The notes: generated by a model from the letters alone, not told the origin. Positions 47,841-58,642 are shown, counted from the first letter of the stretch. The stretch is DNA of 64,000 nucleotides from Acidobacteriota bacterium (GCA_026986725.1 JALSOA010000124.1:6296-70295), one strand, 5' to 3'. Numbers and translations are program-made.

Positions 47841-48443
47841 ATGGACTGCATTGAGTTGGGTCTTTTTGAAAAGTACAGATACATAATAGGAATAGACGAA
47901 GCAGGGAGAGGGCCTCTTGCAGGCCCTGTTTTTGTATGCGCCTTTTGCTGTGACAAAAAAGATTATCAGAGCCTTTTAACATTCAGGGAATTAACTGATT
48001 CAAAAAGGTTAAACGAAAAGAAAAGGGAAAAACTTTACCTTGGATTTAAACACAGGTTCAATTATTCAATAAAACAGGCCTCCCATGAAGAGATAGACAA
48101 CCTAAACATCCTTAATGCAACCTTAAAAAAAATGGAAGAGGCATTGCTATCCTTTGACAAAGAAATTTTAAAAAATTCAATTATACTCGTTGACGGAAAT
48201 CGCTCTCTGAATATTCCCTACCCCCAAAAAACAGTGATTAAAGGGGATTTGAAGTGCAAAACAATTGCAGCAGCCTCAATTATGGCAAAGGTGTCAAGGG
48301 ATATTTTTATGCTTGAAATGGACAAACTATACCCTCAATACAACTTTAAAAAGCACAAAGGCTATCCGACAAAAGAGCATAGAGAATTGATAAAGAAATT
48401 CGGTTTATCTCCAATCCACAGAAAGAGTTTTAAACACTTTTAA
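47841..48443 (+). CDS. rnhB: Ribonuclease HII
   Basis: 200 aa. Active-site motif GIDEAGRGPLAGPV. Confidence 0.9.
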   Translation: MDCIELGLFEKYRYIIGIDEAGRGPLAGPVFVCAFCCDKKDYQSLLTFRELTDSKRLNEKKREKLYLGFKHRFNYSIKQASHEEIDNLNILNATLKKMEEALLSFDKEILKNSIILVDGNRSLNIPYPQKTVIKGDLKCKTIAAASIMAKVSRDIFMLEMDKLYPQYNFKKHKGYPTKEHRELIKKFGLSPIHRKSFKHF

Positions 48444-49278
48444 GTGACTCTTCAATCATTCTATCCCACTCTTTTTTAAACTCTTTATTCAAAATTTCAA
48501 GGTGAGAAGACACATATTTCATCGCAAGGGGTATTGATTTCTTAAACCACCCCTTCCCCCCTTTAAAACCAAAGAAACAGAATGTCCCCAATGCCTTTAA
48601 ATTCCTCTGTAAGGCAATTGCCCGATAATCGATTGAATTTAACTCAGACTCAACACTTCTAAACCTGCCAACATCAAGATATGCGTCAAACATCAAAGAT
48701 GCCGAATCGTAAAACTCGGGGACAAACAAAGTATCCTGAAAATCAATAATATAAACCTTTTTATCTTTAACCATTATATTTCTGAAATGATAGTCCCTGT
48801 GGGCAAGTTTCAAAGGCAAACCTTTAAGTTTTTTTACAGTGTAATCCTTTAAAGAGTTTAAAAAATCTTTAAAATCAGAGGGGATAAGGCAATCGAAACA
48901 ATGTGCAATGAAAAAATCAAGTTCCTTTTCCACATCAAGGCTTTGCGCTTCAATCTGCTCGCTTTCCGGTATGGATTGAATAATTGAAATATAATTGTAA
49001 ACCTCTTCAACAAACCTTTTCTTTGAAAGTTTAAGGGAATTAAAGTACTCCACCCCATTTACATCACCTAAATCTTCAACAAGCATCTCAAGGTTTACAG
49101 TATCAACATCGTAAAGATCAGGCACAGGAAGATTGTATTTTTTATAAATTTTATACCATTTAAGGTAATTGTAAAAAGAGTCTCTCATTTCAGGGGGATA
49201 AACAACCTTTACAAAGTTTTTCCCCCTGAAATACTGCCTTGATGAAGCGTCTCCTTTTAGCCTTTCAAATGCAGCCAT
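48430..49278 (-). CDS. Phosphotransferase-family kinase, AmgK (MurNAc/GlcNAc anomeric kinase)-like
   Basis: 282 aa. Motifs LKGDASSRQYFR, AHRDYHFRNIMV, IIDFQD. Confidence 0.6.
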   Translation of the reverse strand: MAAFERLKGDASSRQYFRGKNFVKVVYPPEMRDSFYNYLKWYKIYKKYNLPVPDLYDVDTVNLEMLVEDLGDVNGVEYFNSLKLSKKRFVEEVYNYISIIQSIPESEQIEAQSLDVEKELDFFIAHCFDCLIPSDFKDFLNSLKDYTVKKLKGLPLKLAHRDYHFRNIMVKDKKVYIIDFQDTLFVPEFYDSASLMFDAYLDVGRFRSVESELNSIDYRAIALQRNLKALGTFCFFGFKGGKGWFKKSIPLAMKYVSSHLEILNKEFKKEWDRMIEESLKSV

Positions 49279-49778
49279 TATTTTTTAATCAAATTGAAAA
49301 GGTCATTTAAAAACTGCTCAACAGATGGATTCCTCGTTGCCCCAAGCCTTCCCAGTTCATTGCCGTCTGAATCAAGGATAACATAGGTTGGAAACCCCCT
49401 TATCCCGAAGGCATTTGCAAGCTTTCTGTTTCTCTCTCTGTACTCTTCAGGCACAAGGCTTTTATCCCTTGGAAAATCAATCCACACAAGAACTATTTTA
49501 TCCCTTGTCTTATCGTAAAACTCACTTTTCGAGAAAACATTTTTCTCCATCAACTTACACCAATAGCACCAGTCAGAGCCTGTAAAATTCAGGAATATTG
49601 GAAGATTCTTCTCCTTTGCATACTTTCTTGCAGCCTGAATATCCATAGTCCATTTACCTGGCTCATACCCCTTTGTTAAAACATTTTCCATCTTTGCATG
49701 CTGCGAGGCGTTGCAGCAAAAGTTTGAAACAGCAAATAAAACCATAATCAAAAATATCAAAGATTTTAAAACCTTCAT
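49278..49778 (-). CDS. Exported thioredoxin-fold protein
   Basis: 166 aa. Signal peptide and CxxC motif DWCYWCK. Confidence 0.7.
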   Translation of the reverse strand: MKVLKSLIFLIMVLFAVSNFCCNASQHAKMENVLTKGYEPGKWTMDIQAARKYAKEKNLPIFLNFTGSDWCYWCKLMEKNVFSKSEFYDKTRDKIVLVWIDFPRDKSLVPEEYRERNRKLANAFGIRGFPTYVILDSDGNELGRLGATRNPSVEQFLNDLFNLIKK

Positions 49779-49886
49779 ATCCCACTCCCCATATAAATTA
49801 AATACATCAGGTTAATTTTATCAAAATAACTATGGTTAAAATAAAAATTTTATATAATTAAATCATAAAGATTGAAGGAGAGGGAT

Positions 49887-50420
49887 ATGGGGAAGTACAA
49901 ACTGAATTTTAGAGAATACCTGAAAGACCTTGATAAAGAAACATTGATTGAAATGCTTTCGGATGCAGCAAAAAACTGGCTTGCCCACGATGGATTATGG
50001 TTTTTAGAGGTTGAGGCAGGAAGGGGAATGGAAGAGGCAATAAAGTACGACAAAGGCGCTTGGATTCGATTTACTCAGATTGAGGCAAAAAGGATTATGA
50101 AAAGGCACAATATACCTGAAAACTCAGGGTTGGACGGGCTTGAAAAAGCATTGAGATACAGGCTTTACTCTTACATAAACGAGCAAACGATTGAAAGGGA
50201 AGAAAATGTTTTAAAACTTTATATGAACAATTGCAGAGTGCAGGCTGCAAGAAAGAGGGACAACAGGCCTGATTTCCCCTGCAAACCTGTTGGAATTGTC
50301 GAATACGAATACTTTGCAAAAACAATAGACAAAAGAATAAAGACAAGGTGTATATGCTGTCCCCCTGACAACCACCCTGATGAATACTACTGTGCATGGG
50401 AGTTTTACATTGATGAATAA
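49887..50420 (+). CDS. Hypothetical Cys-rich cytosolic protein
   Basis: I start it at ATG 49887 (AAGGAGAGGG RBS) rather than the track TTG at 49872. Motifs AKNWLAHDGLWF, NNCRV...FPCKP...RCICCPPDNHPDEYYCAWEF. Family not recognised with confidence. Confidence 0.5.
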   Translation: MGKYKLNFREYLKDLDKETLIEMLSDAAKNWLAHDGLWFLEVEAGRGMEEAIKYDKGAWIRFTQIEAKRIMKRHNIPENSGLDGLEKALRYRLYSYINEQTIEREENVLKLYMNNCRVQAARKRDNRPDFPCKPVGIVEYEYFAKTIDKRIKTRCICCPPDNHPDEYYCAWEFYIDE

Positions 50421-51618
50421 AGATTACTTCTACCCGCTTGTGCTGGAAAAAGAACTTAAAAACAGGATAGAAAAATTAGGGGGCAGATTAAAAGAAAAAG
50501 GGATTGATTGCTGTTTAATTGCTGGCATATCAAACATTTACTATTATACAGGCACAATTCAAAACGGGGTATTCTTCTGCTCATCAGACGGAAACAGTGC
50601 CTTTTTTGTAAAAAAATCCTTTGAAAGGGCAAAGAATGAAAGCGGTTTAAAGAATATCTACCCATTAAAAGGTATGAAAAATCTGGAAGAGGAATTGAAA
50701 AATGTATTCGGGTTTTCCCCTGAAACAATAGGCTTTGAAGGGGACATTCTCCCATACTCCCTATTCAAAAGGTATGAAAAAGCATTTCCAGAAACAAAAT
50801 TCATGGATTTTTCTCTTGATTTAAGGCTAATAAGAAGCGTGAAATCAGAATGGGAGATAGAAAATATAAAAAAAGCGGCACATCAATTAGAAAAACTCTT
50901 TGAATATATGAAAGGGTTTATAAAAGAGGGAATGAGTGAGATTGAGATAGCGGCGGAGAGCGAAAGGTATGTGAGGTTGTTGGGACATCAGGGAGCAATA
51001 AGAATGAGAGGCTTTAATGCAGAATTGTTTTATTCTGTTATCTGTGCCGGGGAAAGTGCAAACCTGCCAACAAACTTTGACGGTCCGTCAGGCTCTCAAG
51101 GATTGTACCCCTCTGCCATCCACCCTGCAGGCACAAAAAAGGTTGAAAAGGGAAAACCTGTGCTATTTGACTTTATGGGTGCATTTATGGGGTACCTTTG
51201 CGATGGAACAAGGATATACCTTTCTGGAAAACCGTCAAAAGAGATTGAGTATGCACAAAAAAAGTGTATTGAAATTCAAAACTTTATAGCAGAGCAATTA
51301 AAACCGGGGGCAATCCCCTCTGAAATTTACACAAAAACTGTTGAGAAGGCAAAAAGGGAAAACTTCTACGAAAACCTGATGGGATTTAAAAGCAATCAGG
51401 TTAAGTTTTTCGGCCACGGTGTAGGGCTCGAGGTTGACGAATTCCCGGTAATTGCAGATAGATTCAACTTTCCACTTGAAGAAAATATGGTAATCGCACT
51501 TGAGCCAAAAAAATACATTGAAAACACAGGTGGAGTTGGAGTTGAAAACACATTTGCGGTTAAAAAAGGCGGTGGAGAAAAACTTATAAACTACCCTGAC
51601 GAAATAATTTTGATTTAA
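50413..51618 (+). CDS. M24 family Xaa-Pro aminopeptidase
   Basis: I start it at ATG 50413 (MNKDYFYPL), which overlaps the upstream stop. Pita-bread fold motifs: DFMGAFMGYLCDGTR, GHGVGLEVDEFP, ALEP, VENT. Confidence 0.8.
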   Translation: MNKDYFYPLVLEKELKNRIEKLGGRLKEKGIDCCLIAGISNIYYYTGTIQNGVFFCSSDGNSAFFVKKSFERAKNESGLKNIYPLKGMKNLEEELKNVFGFSPETIGFEGDILPYSLFKRYEKAFPETKFMDFSLDLRLIRSVKSEWEIENIKKAAHQLEKLFEYMKGFIKEGMSEIEIAAESERYVRLLGHQGAIRMRGFNAELFYSVICAGESANLPTNFDGPSGSQGLYPSAIHPAGTKKVEKGKPVLFDFMGAFMGYLCDGTRIYLSGKPSKEIEYAQKKCIEIQNFIAEQLKPGAIPSEIYTKTVEKAKRENFYENLMGFKSNQVKFFGHGVGLEVDEFPVIADRFNFPLEENMVIALEPKKYIENTGGVGVENTFAVKKGGGEKLINYPDEIILI

Positions 51619-51628
51619 GGGAGACAAA

Positions 51629-52162
51629 ATGGGTATTACAACAAAAAAGGGAGACAGCGGATTTACATCGCTATTTTCAGGAGAAAGGGTGAAAAAGTCA
51701 AGCATATATATGGAAACCCTTGGCACACTTGACGAATTGAACTCCCACCTTGGGCTTGTTAAAACAAAATGCAGCGATAAATTTAAAAGAGAGATTGAAA
51801 AAATACAGGAAAACATATTCAAAATTGCATCAACAATTGCAACAGAGCCCAACTCCCCTTTAAGAAATCAGATAAAAATACTAACAAAAAATGATTTAGA
51901 TAACCTTGAGGATTTTCAAAAAAAACTAACAGAACAAACAAAAATGCCTGACAGATTTATATACCCGGGTACAAACGAAAACTCTGCAATAACAGATATT
52001 GCAAGGACTGTTTGCAGAAGAACTGAAAGAAGGGTAATTGAGTTTGAAGAAAAGGTTAAAATCAATCTTTACCTTGAAAAAAAGTACCTGAACAGGCTGT
52101 CCGATGTTTTATTTGTACTTGCAAGGCACCTTGAAAAAGGAGAATTCAAGGAGAAATTATGA
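51629..52162 (+). CDS. PduO-type ATP:cob(I)alamin adenosyltransferase
   Basis: 177 aa. N-terminus TKKGDSGFTSL and motif RTVCRRTERR. Confidence 0.8.
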   Translation: MGITTKKGDSGFTSLFSGERVKKSSIYMETLGTLDELNSHLGLVKTKCSDKFKREIEKIQENIFKIASTIATEPNSPLRNQIKILTKNDLDNLEDFQKKLTEQTKMPDRFIYPGTNENSAITDIARTVCRRTERRVIEFEEKVKINLYLEKKYLNRLSDVLFVLARHLEKGEFKEKL

Positions 52163-52437
52163 GCCTCACTGAAATAATTGCAATAACCTTTGTTTTTAAC
52201 ATTCTGTGCGGTTTATTCAGGGTAAGACAGGAGAAACTTAAATGGAAACTGTTTTACATTCACATACCCATCCCTTTAATTGCATATTTGAGAATATCCT
52301 CCGGGATATCGTACAAATTTATACCTGTTTTAGTAATTGTTGCAGTTATAGGTCAGTACCTTGGAGGCAGGATAAACAGGGCTTTATTCCCCCGCACAAT
52401 AGCAATAAAAAAAATAATAACAGACGAAGAGGAATGA
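52159..52437 (+). CDS. Small hypothetical membrane protein
   Basis: 92 aa with three hydrophobic segments. ATGA overlap with the upstream gene. Confidence 0.5.
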   Translation: MSLTEIIAITFVFNILCGLFRVRQEKLKWKLFYIHIPIPLIAYLRISSGISYKFIPVLVIVAVIGQYLGGRINRALFPRTIAIKKIITDEEE

Positions 52438-52499
52438 ATTTTTGCTATTTTTTCAACTTTTGCCTATCTTTTAGAATGGAATAAAAAAGGGGGGGAATT

Positions 52500-53081
52500 A
52501 TGGAACTGGAACTCACAAAAAAGGAAAAACAACTTTTTATAAACCTTGCAAGAAACGAGATAGAGAAAAATTTAGGAATAGAAAAGACAGGGGTTGACGA
52601 AAGGGAATTGAAAGACTACCCCATATTCTTTTCAAGGGATTACGGATCATTTGTAACAATTCACTTAAACGGGAAACTGAGAGGGTGTATAGGATACATC
52701 CAGCCAATAACCGTTTTAAAAGAGCAGATCAGGATGTGCGCAAAGGCGGCAGCATTTGAAGACCCCAGGTTTTACCCTCTAACAAAAGAGGAGTACCCAT
52801 ACATAGACATTGAGATAAGCATACTCTCCCCCTTTGAAAGGGTTAACAACCTTGACGAAATTGTTGTCGGGAGAGATGGGCTCATCGTTCAGCACTCAAT
52901 CTTTCAGGGGTTGCTTCTCCCCCAGGTTGCAACAGAAAACAACTGGGATAAAGAGACCTTTCTCTCCCACACCTGCCTAAAAGCTGGATTACCTTCTGAT
53001 TGCTGGAAGAGAAACGATGTTATAATCAAAAAGTTCAGTGCCTATGTTTTTGATGAAAAAGAATTGAAGGAGAACAGATGA
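52500..53081 (+). CDS. AMMECR1 domain protein
   Basis: 193 aa. Motifs LRGCIGYI and DPRFYPL. Confidence 0.85.
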   Translation: MELELTKKEKQLFINLARNEIEKNLGIEKTGVDERELKDYPIFFSRDYGSFVTIHLNGKLRGCIGYIQPITVLKEQIRMCAKAAAFEDPRFYPLTKEEYPYIDIEISILSPFERVNNLDEIVVGRDGLIVQHSIFQGLLLPQVATENNWDKETFLSHTCLKAGLPSDCWKRNDVIIKKFSAYVFDEKELKENR

Positions 53082-54493
53082 CAAAAAGCCTGACAAAAAT
53101 AGTTTGCACAATAGGGCCTGCATCAGGGGATAGGGAGACTTTGCTTAAACTCTATGAAGCGGGAATGTCTGTTGCAAGGCTAAATTTTTCCCACGGTACA
53201 AAAAATCAGCACCTTGAATTTATCAAAAACATTAGAGAGGTTGAGAGAATTACGGCAGGGTTTATCGGGATTTTGGGGGATTTACAGGGCCCGAAGATAA
53301 GGATTGGGGAACTTGAAAGAGATGAAATCCCGCTAAAAGCAGGGCAGGAGATTGCAATTACAACAAAAAATATTAAAGGCAATGCAAACATTGTTTCAAC
53401 AACATACAAATACCTTGTTAAAGATGTAAATATTGGAGACACAATTCTCATAGACGATGGAAACATAAAATTGAAAGTTGTTGACAGAGATGAAGATAAA
53501 ATCTTATGCAGGGTTTTAAACAATGCAGTTTTAAAGCCTCATAAAGGGATAAACATACCCGGGGCTGAATTATCCACCCCTTCAATAACCGAAAAAGACA
53601 TAGATTTCATAAAGTTTGCAGTTGAAAATGACCTTGATTTCTTGGCAGTCTCGTTTGTGAGGAAACCGGAAGACATACTAATTGTTAAACAGCACCTTAA
53701 AGGTGCTCCAATTAAGGTGATTGCAAAGATTGAAAGGCCTGAAGCCCTTGATTGTATTGAAGAGATAATAGATGTTGCTGACGGTGTTATGGTTGCAAGG
53801 GGAGACCTTGGTATTGAAATCCCCCTTGAGAGGGTGCCTTTTGAGCAAAAAAGGATTATCTCGATTGCCAACAAAAAGAACAAGTATGTTATTACCGCAA
53901 CCCAGATGCTTGAATCAATGATTGAACACCCCTCCCCGACAAGAGCGGAGATAACAGACATTGCAAATGCAATTTTAGATGGAACAGATGCAATTATGCT
54001 TTCCGGGGAAACATCAACAGGCAAATACCCGGTGCTTGCAGTTGAGACAATGGAAAAAGTTGCTAAAACAGCTGAAAAGCACATTAAACATGTGGATTTA
54101 GGCGATATAATTCAGGAAAGATTGAAGGAGAAAAGTGATTTTGCCATATCCTTTTCAGCGGCAGCAATATCTCACCTTCTTGATTTAAAGTACATAGTCG
54201 CATTTACAAAATCAGGGCATACGGCACTGCTTATTTCAAAACAAAAACCTGCATCAAGGATACTAACATTCACAACGGACAAAAAGGTTGCAAGGCAATG
54301 TGCCGCATACAGGGGGGTTATACCTGTTCTATGCGATGAAATAAACTCAATAGACGACATATTTAAATTCTTAAACCCTTATTTAAAAAATTCCGGGTTT
54401 GTTCAAAGCGGAGACAAGGTTGTGTTAACTATGGGCATACCCTTCGGCAAACCAGGTACAACCAACCTGCTCCATGTTATGACGGTTGAATAA
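53078..54493 (+). CDS. pyk: Pyruvate kinase
   Basis: 471 aa. Motifs KIVCTIGPAS, ARLNFSHG, MVARGDLGIEIP. Confidence 0.95.
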   Translation: MTKSLTKIVCTIGPASGDRETLLKLYEAGMSVARLNFSHGTKNQHLEFIKNIREVERITAGFIGILGDLQGPKIRIGELERDEIPLKAGQEIAITTKNIKGNANIVSTTYKYLVKDVNIGDTILIDDGNIKLKVVDRDEDKILCRVLNNAVLKPHKGINIPGAELSTPSITEKDIDFIKFAVENDLDFLAVSFVRKPEDILIVKQHLKGAPIKVIAKIERPEALDCIEEIIDVADGVMVARGDLGIEIPLERVPFEQKRIISIANKKNKYVITATQMLESMIEHPSPTRAEITDIANAILDGTDAIMLSGETSTGKYPVLAVETMEKVAKTAEKHIKHVDLGDIIQERLKEKSDFAISFSAAAISHLLDLKYIVAFTKSGHTALLISKQKPASRILTFTTDKKVARQCAAYRGVIPVLCDEINSIDDIFKFLNPYLKNSGFVQSGDKVVLTMGIPFGKPGTTNLLHVMTVE

Positions 54494-55941
54494 TGAAACG
54501 ATACGCTTTTGTTCTGTTATCCTCTGTTTTAATAACATTGTCGGTTTACCCCTTTAATCTCTCTTTTCTATCCTTTTTCTACTTTATCCCTGCGTTTTAC
54601 GGGGTTTATAAGTCAAAAAACCTGAAAGATAGGGTGTTGCTTTCAATGTTTTTCGGTATAACCATATTTGTTTTCAATTTCTTCTGGGCAATTAAAACAA
54701 TGGAGTTTTACGGGAAATTACCACCTGTTTTAAGTTATCTTCTCGGCATTCCCCTTTCAATATACCAGACCATTCCATTTATAATTTTCCTTTTCACCTT
54801 TCCCTATCTTTTCAAAAAGAATTTAATTCTGCCAGCACTTTTATTTCCAATTTTAACAAACCTTACCCCACTGATATTTCCCTACTCCATATCATCTACC
54901 CTGTCCTCAACGCCTTACCTTTGCAAAAGTGCCGAGATATGGGGGGAATGGGGGCTTGATTTTATTCTCATCTTAACAAATACTCTTATCTTTGCATTTT
55001 TAATCGGCAAAAAGCGAAAATTCCTTTTGTACGGAATGTCAATTCTTCTGTTTCTTGCTATCTATCCTTTAATCTCAAATACATTTTTCAATGAAAAACC
55101 TTTTTCTTACCTTGATACAGTTATTATTCAACCCTGCGTTTACGATGGAGATTCCTTTGAAATCAAAAAAAGAAAATTTTTCGGGATCTTAAATAAAGTG
55201 CAGGAGTTTTCTGAAAACAAGGTCTTGATAATCCCTGAATCAGCCCTGCCTGACGATATCTCTTCCTCTCCCAATAGAGAAGAGATAATGAAAGCAATCT
55301 TAATCAGGTTAAAACTCAAAGCAATACTTTTTAACTGTGTTATTCAGGAAAACGGGAAAATATACAACTCAAACATATTTTTAAGTGAAAACTCAATTGA
55401 CAGGTACAATAAAAACCATTTAATGCTTTTTGGAGAATACTTCCCCTTTCACTCTCTTATTCAAAAACTTCCATTTTCCTTTGCAAACTATGAAAACTTT
55501 GAAAGTGGGAAAAAGTCAAAGCCTCTAAAATGCTGTGAAATCAAAATAGCAACCCCGATATGCCTTGAAAGCATTTATCAGGGGTACACAGCGGCTATCT
55601 CTAAAAACGCCTATGTAATTGTAAATCCCACAGACGATGAGTGGTTTTTAAGCAAAAAGGCAAAGATGATTCACTTTGCACAGGTGAGAACAAAGGCTAT
55701 AGAAAATCATAAATACCTGATAGTTGCAACAAATAACGGGTTTACCTGCATGGTTAGTCCAGAAGGGGAAATAATGAAAAAACTTGAGATTAACAAACCT
55801 GATTATTTAATTGCAAAGATTCCATTGCTTAAAAGAAAAACCGTTTTTCAATATATTCACCCTGTTTTGCCCTTTATTTTTATATTTGCATTTTTAATAC
55901 TTCTATTTGCTGGGAAAAATGAAAAAAGCAATAATAGTTGA
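54493..55941 (+). CDS. lnt: Apolipoprotein N-acyltransferase
   Basis: 482 aa. Polytopic N-terminus plus a CN-hydrolase domain with an E/K/C triad context (IIPESALP, KNHLMLFGEY, TPICLES). Confidence 0.8.
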   Translation: MKRYAFVLLSSVLITLSVYPFNLSFLSFFYFIPAFYGVYKSKNLKDRVLLSMFFGITIFVFNFFWAIKTMEFYGKLPPVLSYLLGIPLSIYQTIPFIIFLFTFPYLFKKNLILPALLFPILTNLTPLIFPYSISSTLSSTPYLCKSAEIWGEWGLDFILILTNTLIFAFLIGKKRKFLLYGMSILLFLAIYPLISNTFFNEKPFSYLDTVIIQPCVYDGDSFEIKKRKFFGILNKVQEFSENKVLIIPESALPDDISSSPNREEIMKAILIRLKLKAILFNCVIQENGKIYNSNIFLSENSIDRYNKNHLMLFGEYFPFHSLIQKLPFSFANYENFESGKKSKPLKCCEIKIATPICLESIYQGYTAAISKNAYVIVNPTDDEWFLSKKAKMIHFAQVRTKAIENHKYLIVATNNGFTCMVSPEGEIMKKLEINKPDYLIAKIPLLKRKTVFQYIHPVLPFIFIFAFLILLFAGKNEKSNNS

Positions 55942-56986
55942 TGTTCAAATACCCGACATTGACAGTATAACCCTTAAACTTCACCTTGATGAACTTGAAA
56001 GGTTGCTTGATTCGTTGAACATTCAAACAATAAAGAGATTTATTCAAAAAAGGGATAAAATCCACCCTGCAACATATGCAGGGAGGGGGTTTTTGGAAAA
56101 TTTCAATACAGATGCAGATTACATAGCCTTTGACAACAAACTCTCCCCCTCACAAAAGAGAAATATCAAAAAACTAACCGGGCTTATCCCAATAGACAGG
56201 GAAGACATTATTCTTCAAATATTCAAAAACCATGCAAAGACAAAAGAGGCAAAGATTCAGGTTGAACTTGCCGAACTTAAAACCATTCTATCAGGCTTAA
56301 AGGGGAGAAAAACCAACCTCGCCCAGCAGGTTGGAGCAATCGGGGTTAAAGGGGGAAAGGGAGAAAAGCAGATTGAACTTGACAGAAGAAAGATTCAAAA
56401 AAGGATTGCCTTTCTGAAAAGAGAGTTAAAAAAGATCGAATCAAGAAAGGAGAGTTTACACAGGTCAAGGGAAAATGTTTTCCACATATCAATTGCAGGG
56501 TACACAAATGCAGGGAAATCCACCCTTTTAAACACTTTAACAAAAGCAAATGTAAGTGCAAAAGACAAACTATTTATGACTCTTGACACAACAACAAGGA
56601 GAATCCACCTTTTTGAAAATAAGTACGCAATCCTGTCAGACACAGTGGGATTTATCAGGAAATTACCCCATCACCTTGTCGCATCCTTTAAATCAACCTT
56701 TGCCGTTATAACCTACTCCGACCTTATTATTCAACTTGTTGACATAACCTCAAACAACTTTGAAGAAGAGATAGAAATTGTACACAGGGAACTACAGAAG
56801 GAATGCGACAAAATCCCGAAACTTCTTGTTTTCAACAAAATCGATCTTACTAACCGTTTTCACTTAAACAGGGTAAAAGCACTTTACCCACACGCACTAT
56901 TCATTTCGGCAAAGGAAAAACTTGGTATAGAAGAGTTAAAGAAAAGCATTATCCACCACTTCACCCTGTGGAAAACAGGGAAATAG
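55919..56986 (+). CDS. hflX: GTPase HflX
   Basis: I start it at ATG 55919 (the track uses TTG 55907). HflX N-domain and G1 motif GYTNAGKSTLLN; also DTVGF and NKID. Confidence 0.85.
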   Translation: MKKAIIVDVQIPDIDSITLKLHLDELERLLDSLNIQTIKRFIQKRDKIHPATYAGRGFLENFNTDADYIAFDNKLSPSQKRNIKKLTGLIPIDREDIILQIFKNHAKTKEAKIQVELAELKTILSGLKGRKTNLAQQVGAIGVKGGKGEKQIELDRRKIQKRIAFLKRELKKIESRKESLHRSRENVFHISIAGYTNAGKSTLLNTLTKANVSAKDKLFMTLDTTTRRIHLFENKYAILSDTVGFIRKLPHHLVASFKSTFAVITYSDLIIQLVDITSNNFEEEIEIVHRELQKECDKIPKLLVFNKIDLTNRFHLNRVKALYPHALFISAKEKLGIEELKKSIIHHFTLWKTGK

Positions 56987-57055
56987 AATGTTTTGATATA
57001 CTTTTTTGCAAAAATACCCTATACTTAATCCGTTTGACTAAAAATAGGAGATTTT

Positions 57056-58642
57056 ATGGAAAGATTGGAAAAATTCAGACAACTGGGCTTAAGCGATAAC
57101 ACATTACTTGCGCTTAAGAAAAAAGGCTTTGAAGAGCCAACAGAGATTCAGGAAAAAGTTATACCTATTCTATTGCATCAGGATATAAATGTAATTGGAC
57201 AGGCACAAACAGGTACGGGAAAAACCGCTGCCTTCGGGCTTCCGCTGATTGAGAAGTTAAAAGGGGGTTCAAAAAAGGTTCAGGCAATTATTTTAACACC
57301 CACAAGGGAGCTTGCAATTCAGGTTGCAGAGGAAATAAACTCTTTAAAGGGAAGAAAAAGGCTTCACATTGTCCCGATTTACGGAGGGCAATCCATCTCT
57401 GAACAGATAAGAAAGTTGAGAAAGGGCATTGACATTGTTGTGGGCACACCGGGAAGAATTCTTGACCATTTAAAAAGAGGCACCTTAAACCTTAACTCAA
57501 TTAAGTACTTCATCCTTGACGAAGCGGATGAGATGCTCAATATGGGTTTTATTGACGATATAGAAGAGATTTTAAGCCATGCCCCGGAAGAAAAAAAGAT
57601 GCTGCTTTTTTCTGCAACAATGCCTGACAGGATTTTAAAACTTGTTGAAAAGTATATGGGGAAATATGAAATTATCAGAATAAAAAAACAAAGCCAGACA
57701 ACAGACCTTACCCATCAGATATACTTTGAGGTTGCAGAAAGGGATAAGTTTGAGGCTTTGTGCAGAATAATTGATTTTGAACCGGAATTTTATGGCCTTG
57801 TATTCACAAGGACAAAGGTTGAAGCAGACAGGGTTGCAAACAAGCTTGTTGACAGAGGCTACGATGCAGAATGTCTGCACGGAGACATCTCCCAGTTTCA
57901 AAGGGAAAGGATAATAAAAAAGTTTAAAAAAAGGCATATAAACATACTTGTTGCAACCGATGTTGCTGCAAGGGGGCTTGACATATCCGATTTAACCCAT
58001 GTTATCAACTATTCAATTCCGCAAAACCCGGAAACATACATACACAGAGTTGGAAGAACAGGGAGAGCCGGCAAAGAGGGAACAGCAATTACATTTGTAA
58101 CACCGGGAGAGTACAGAAACCTAATATTTATCAAAAAGATAGCAAAAGCGGATATAAGAAAAGAAAAACTGCCGGGTGCTGATAAAATACTTGAAAACAA
58201 GATTACCAAACTCAAATCCAGTATTGAAGGAACAATAGGGGATAACAACCTTGATAAATTTACAAAAATTGCAGAGGATATGCTTGAGATTTCAACGCCT
58301 GAAAAGGTAATTGCCGCCCTTTTAAAAATTGCATTCAAAGAAGAACTTGACCCTGAATCCTACAGACCCATATCCGAGGTTTCAATTGATTTAAAAGGCA
58401 CAACAAGGCTTTTTATTGCAAGGGGAAGGGAGCATGGCTTTGATGTTCACAAACTTATAGAGCTTATACAGCAACATATAGATATTGAAAGTAGAAAGAT
58501 AAGAGGGATAAAGATATTTGACAACTTCTCTTTCGTAACCCTGCCATTCGAAGATGCAGAGGTTTTACTTCATACAATAAAGAAAAACACAAAGGGCAAA
58601 AGGCCTATAATAGACAAAGCAAAAGAAAAAACAAGAAGTTAA
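57056..58642 (+). CDS. DEAD-box RNA helicase with DbpA-like C-terminal RNA-binding domain
   Basis: 528 aa. Motifs AQTGTGKT, PTRELA, DEAD, SAT, HRVGRTGRAG. Confidence 0.9.
   Translation: MERLEKFRQLGLSDNTLLALKKKGFEEPTEIQEKVIPILLHQDINVIGQAQTGTGKTAAFGLPLIEKLKGGSKKVQAIILTPTRELAIQVAEEINSLKGRKRLHIVPIYGGQSISEQIRKLRKGIDIVVGTPGRILDHLKRGTLNLNSIKYFILDEADEMLNMGFIDDIEEILSHAPEEKKMLLFSATMPDRILKLVEKYMGKYEIIRIKKQSQTTDLTHQIYFEVAERDKFEALCRIIDFEPEFYGLVFTRTKVEADRVANKLVDRGYDAECLHGDISQFQRERIIKKFKKRHINILVATDVAARGLDISDLTHVINYSIPQNPETYIHRVGRTGRAGKEGTAITFVTPGEYRNLIFIKKIAKADIRKEKLPGADKILENKITKLKSSIEGTIGDNNLDKFTKIAEDMLEISTPEKVIAALLKIAFKEELDPESYRPISEVSIDLKGTTRLFIARGREHGFDVHKLIELIQQHIDIESRKIRGIKIFDNFSFVTLPFEDAEVLLHTIKKNTKGKRPIIDKAKEKTRS

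Noticed and set aside
51298-51852. 184-aa minus-strand ORF spanning the M24 peptidase / PduO junction
   Set aside because: It overlaps two plus-strand genes with clear family motifs and RBSs, and it has no recognisable motifs of its own.
53539-54084. 181-aa minus-strand ORF inside pyruvate kinase
   Set aside because: It is antisense to a strongly supported pyk gene. Its Ser/Ile-rich composition is typical of shadow ORFs.
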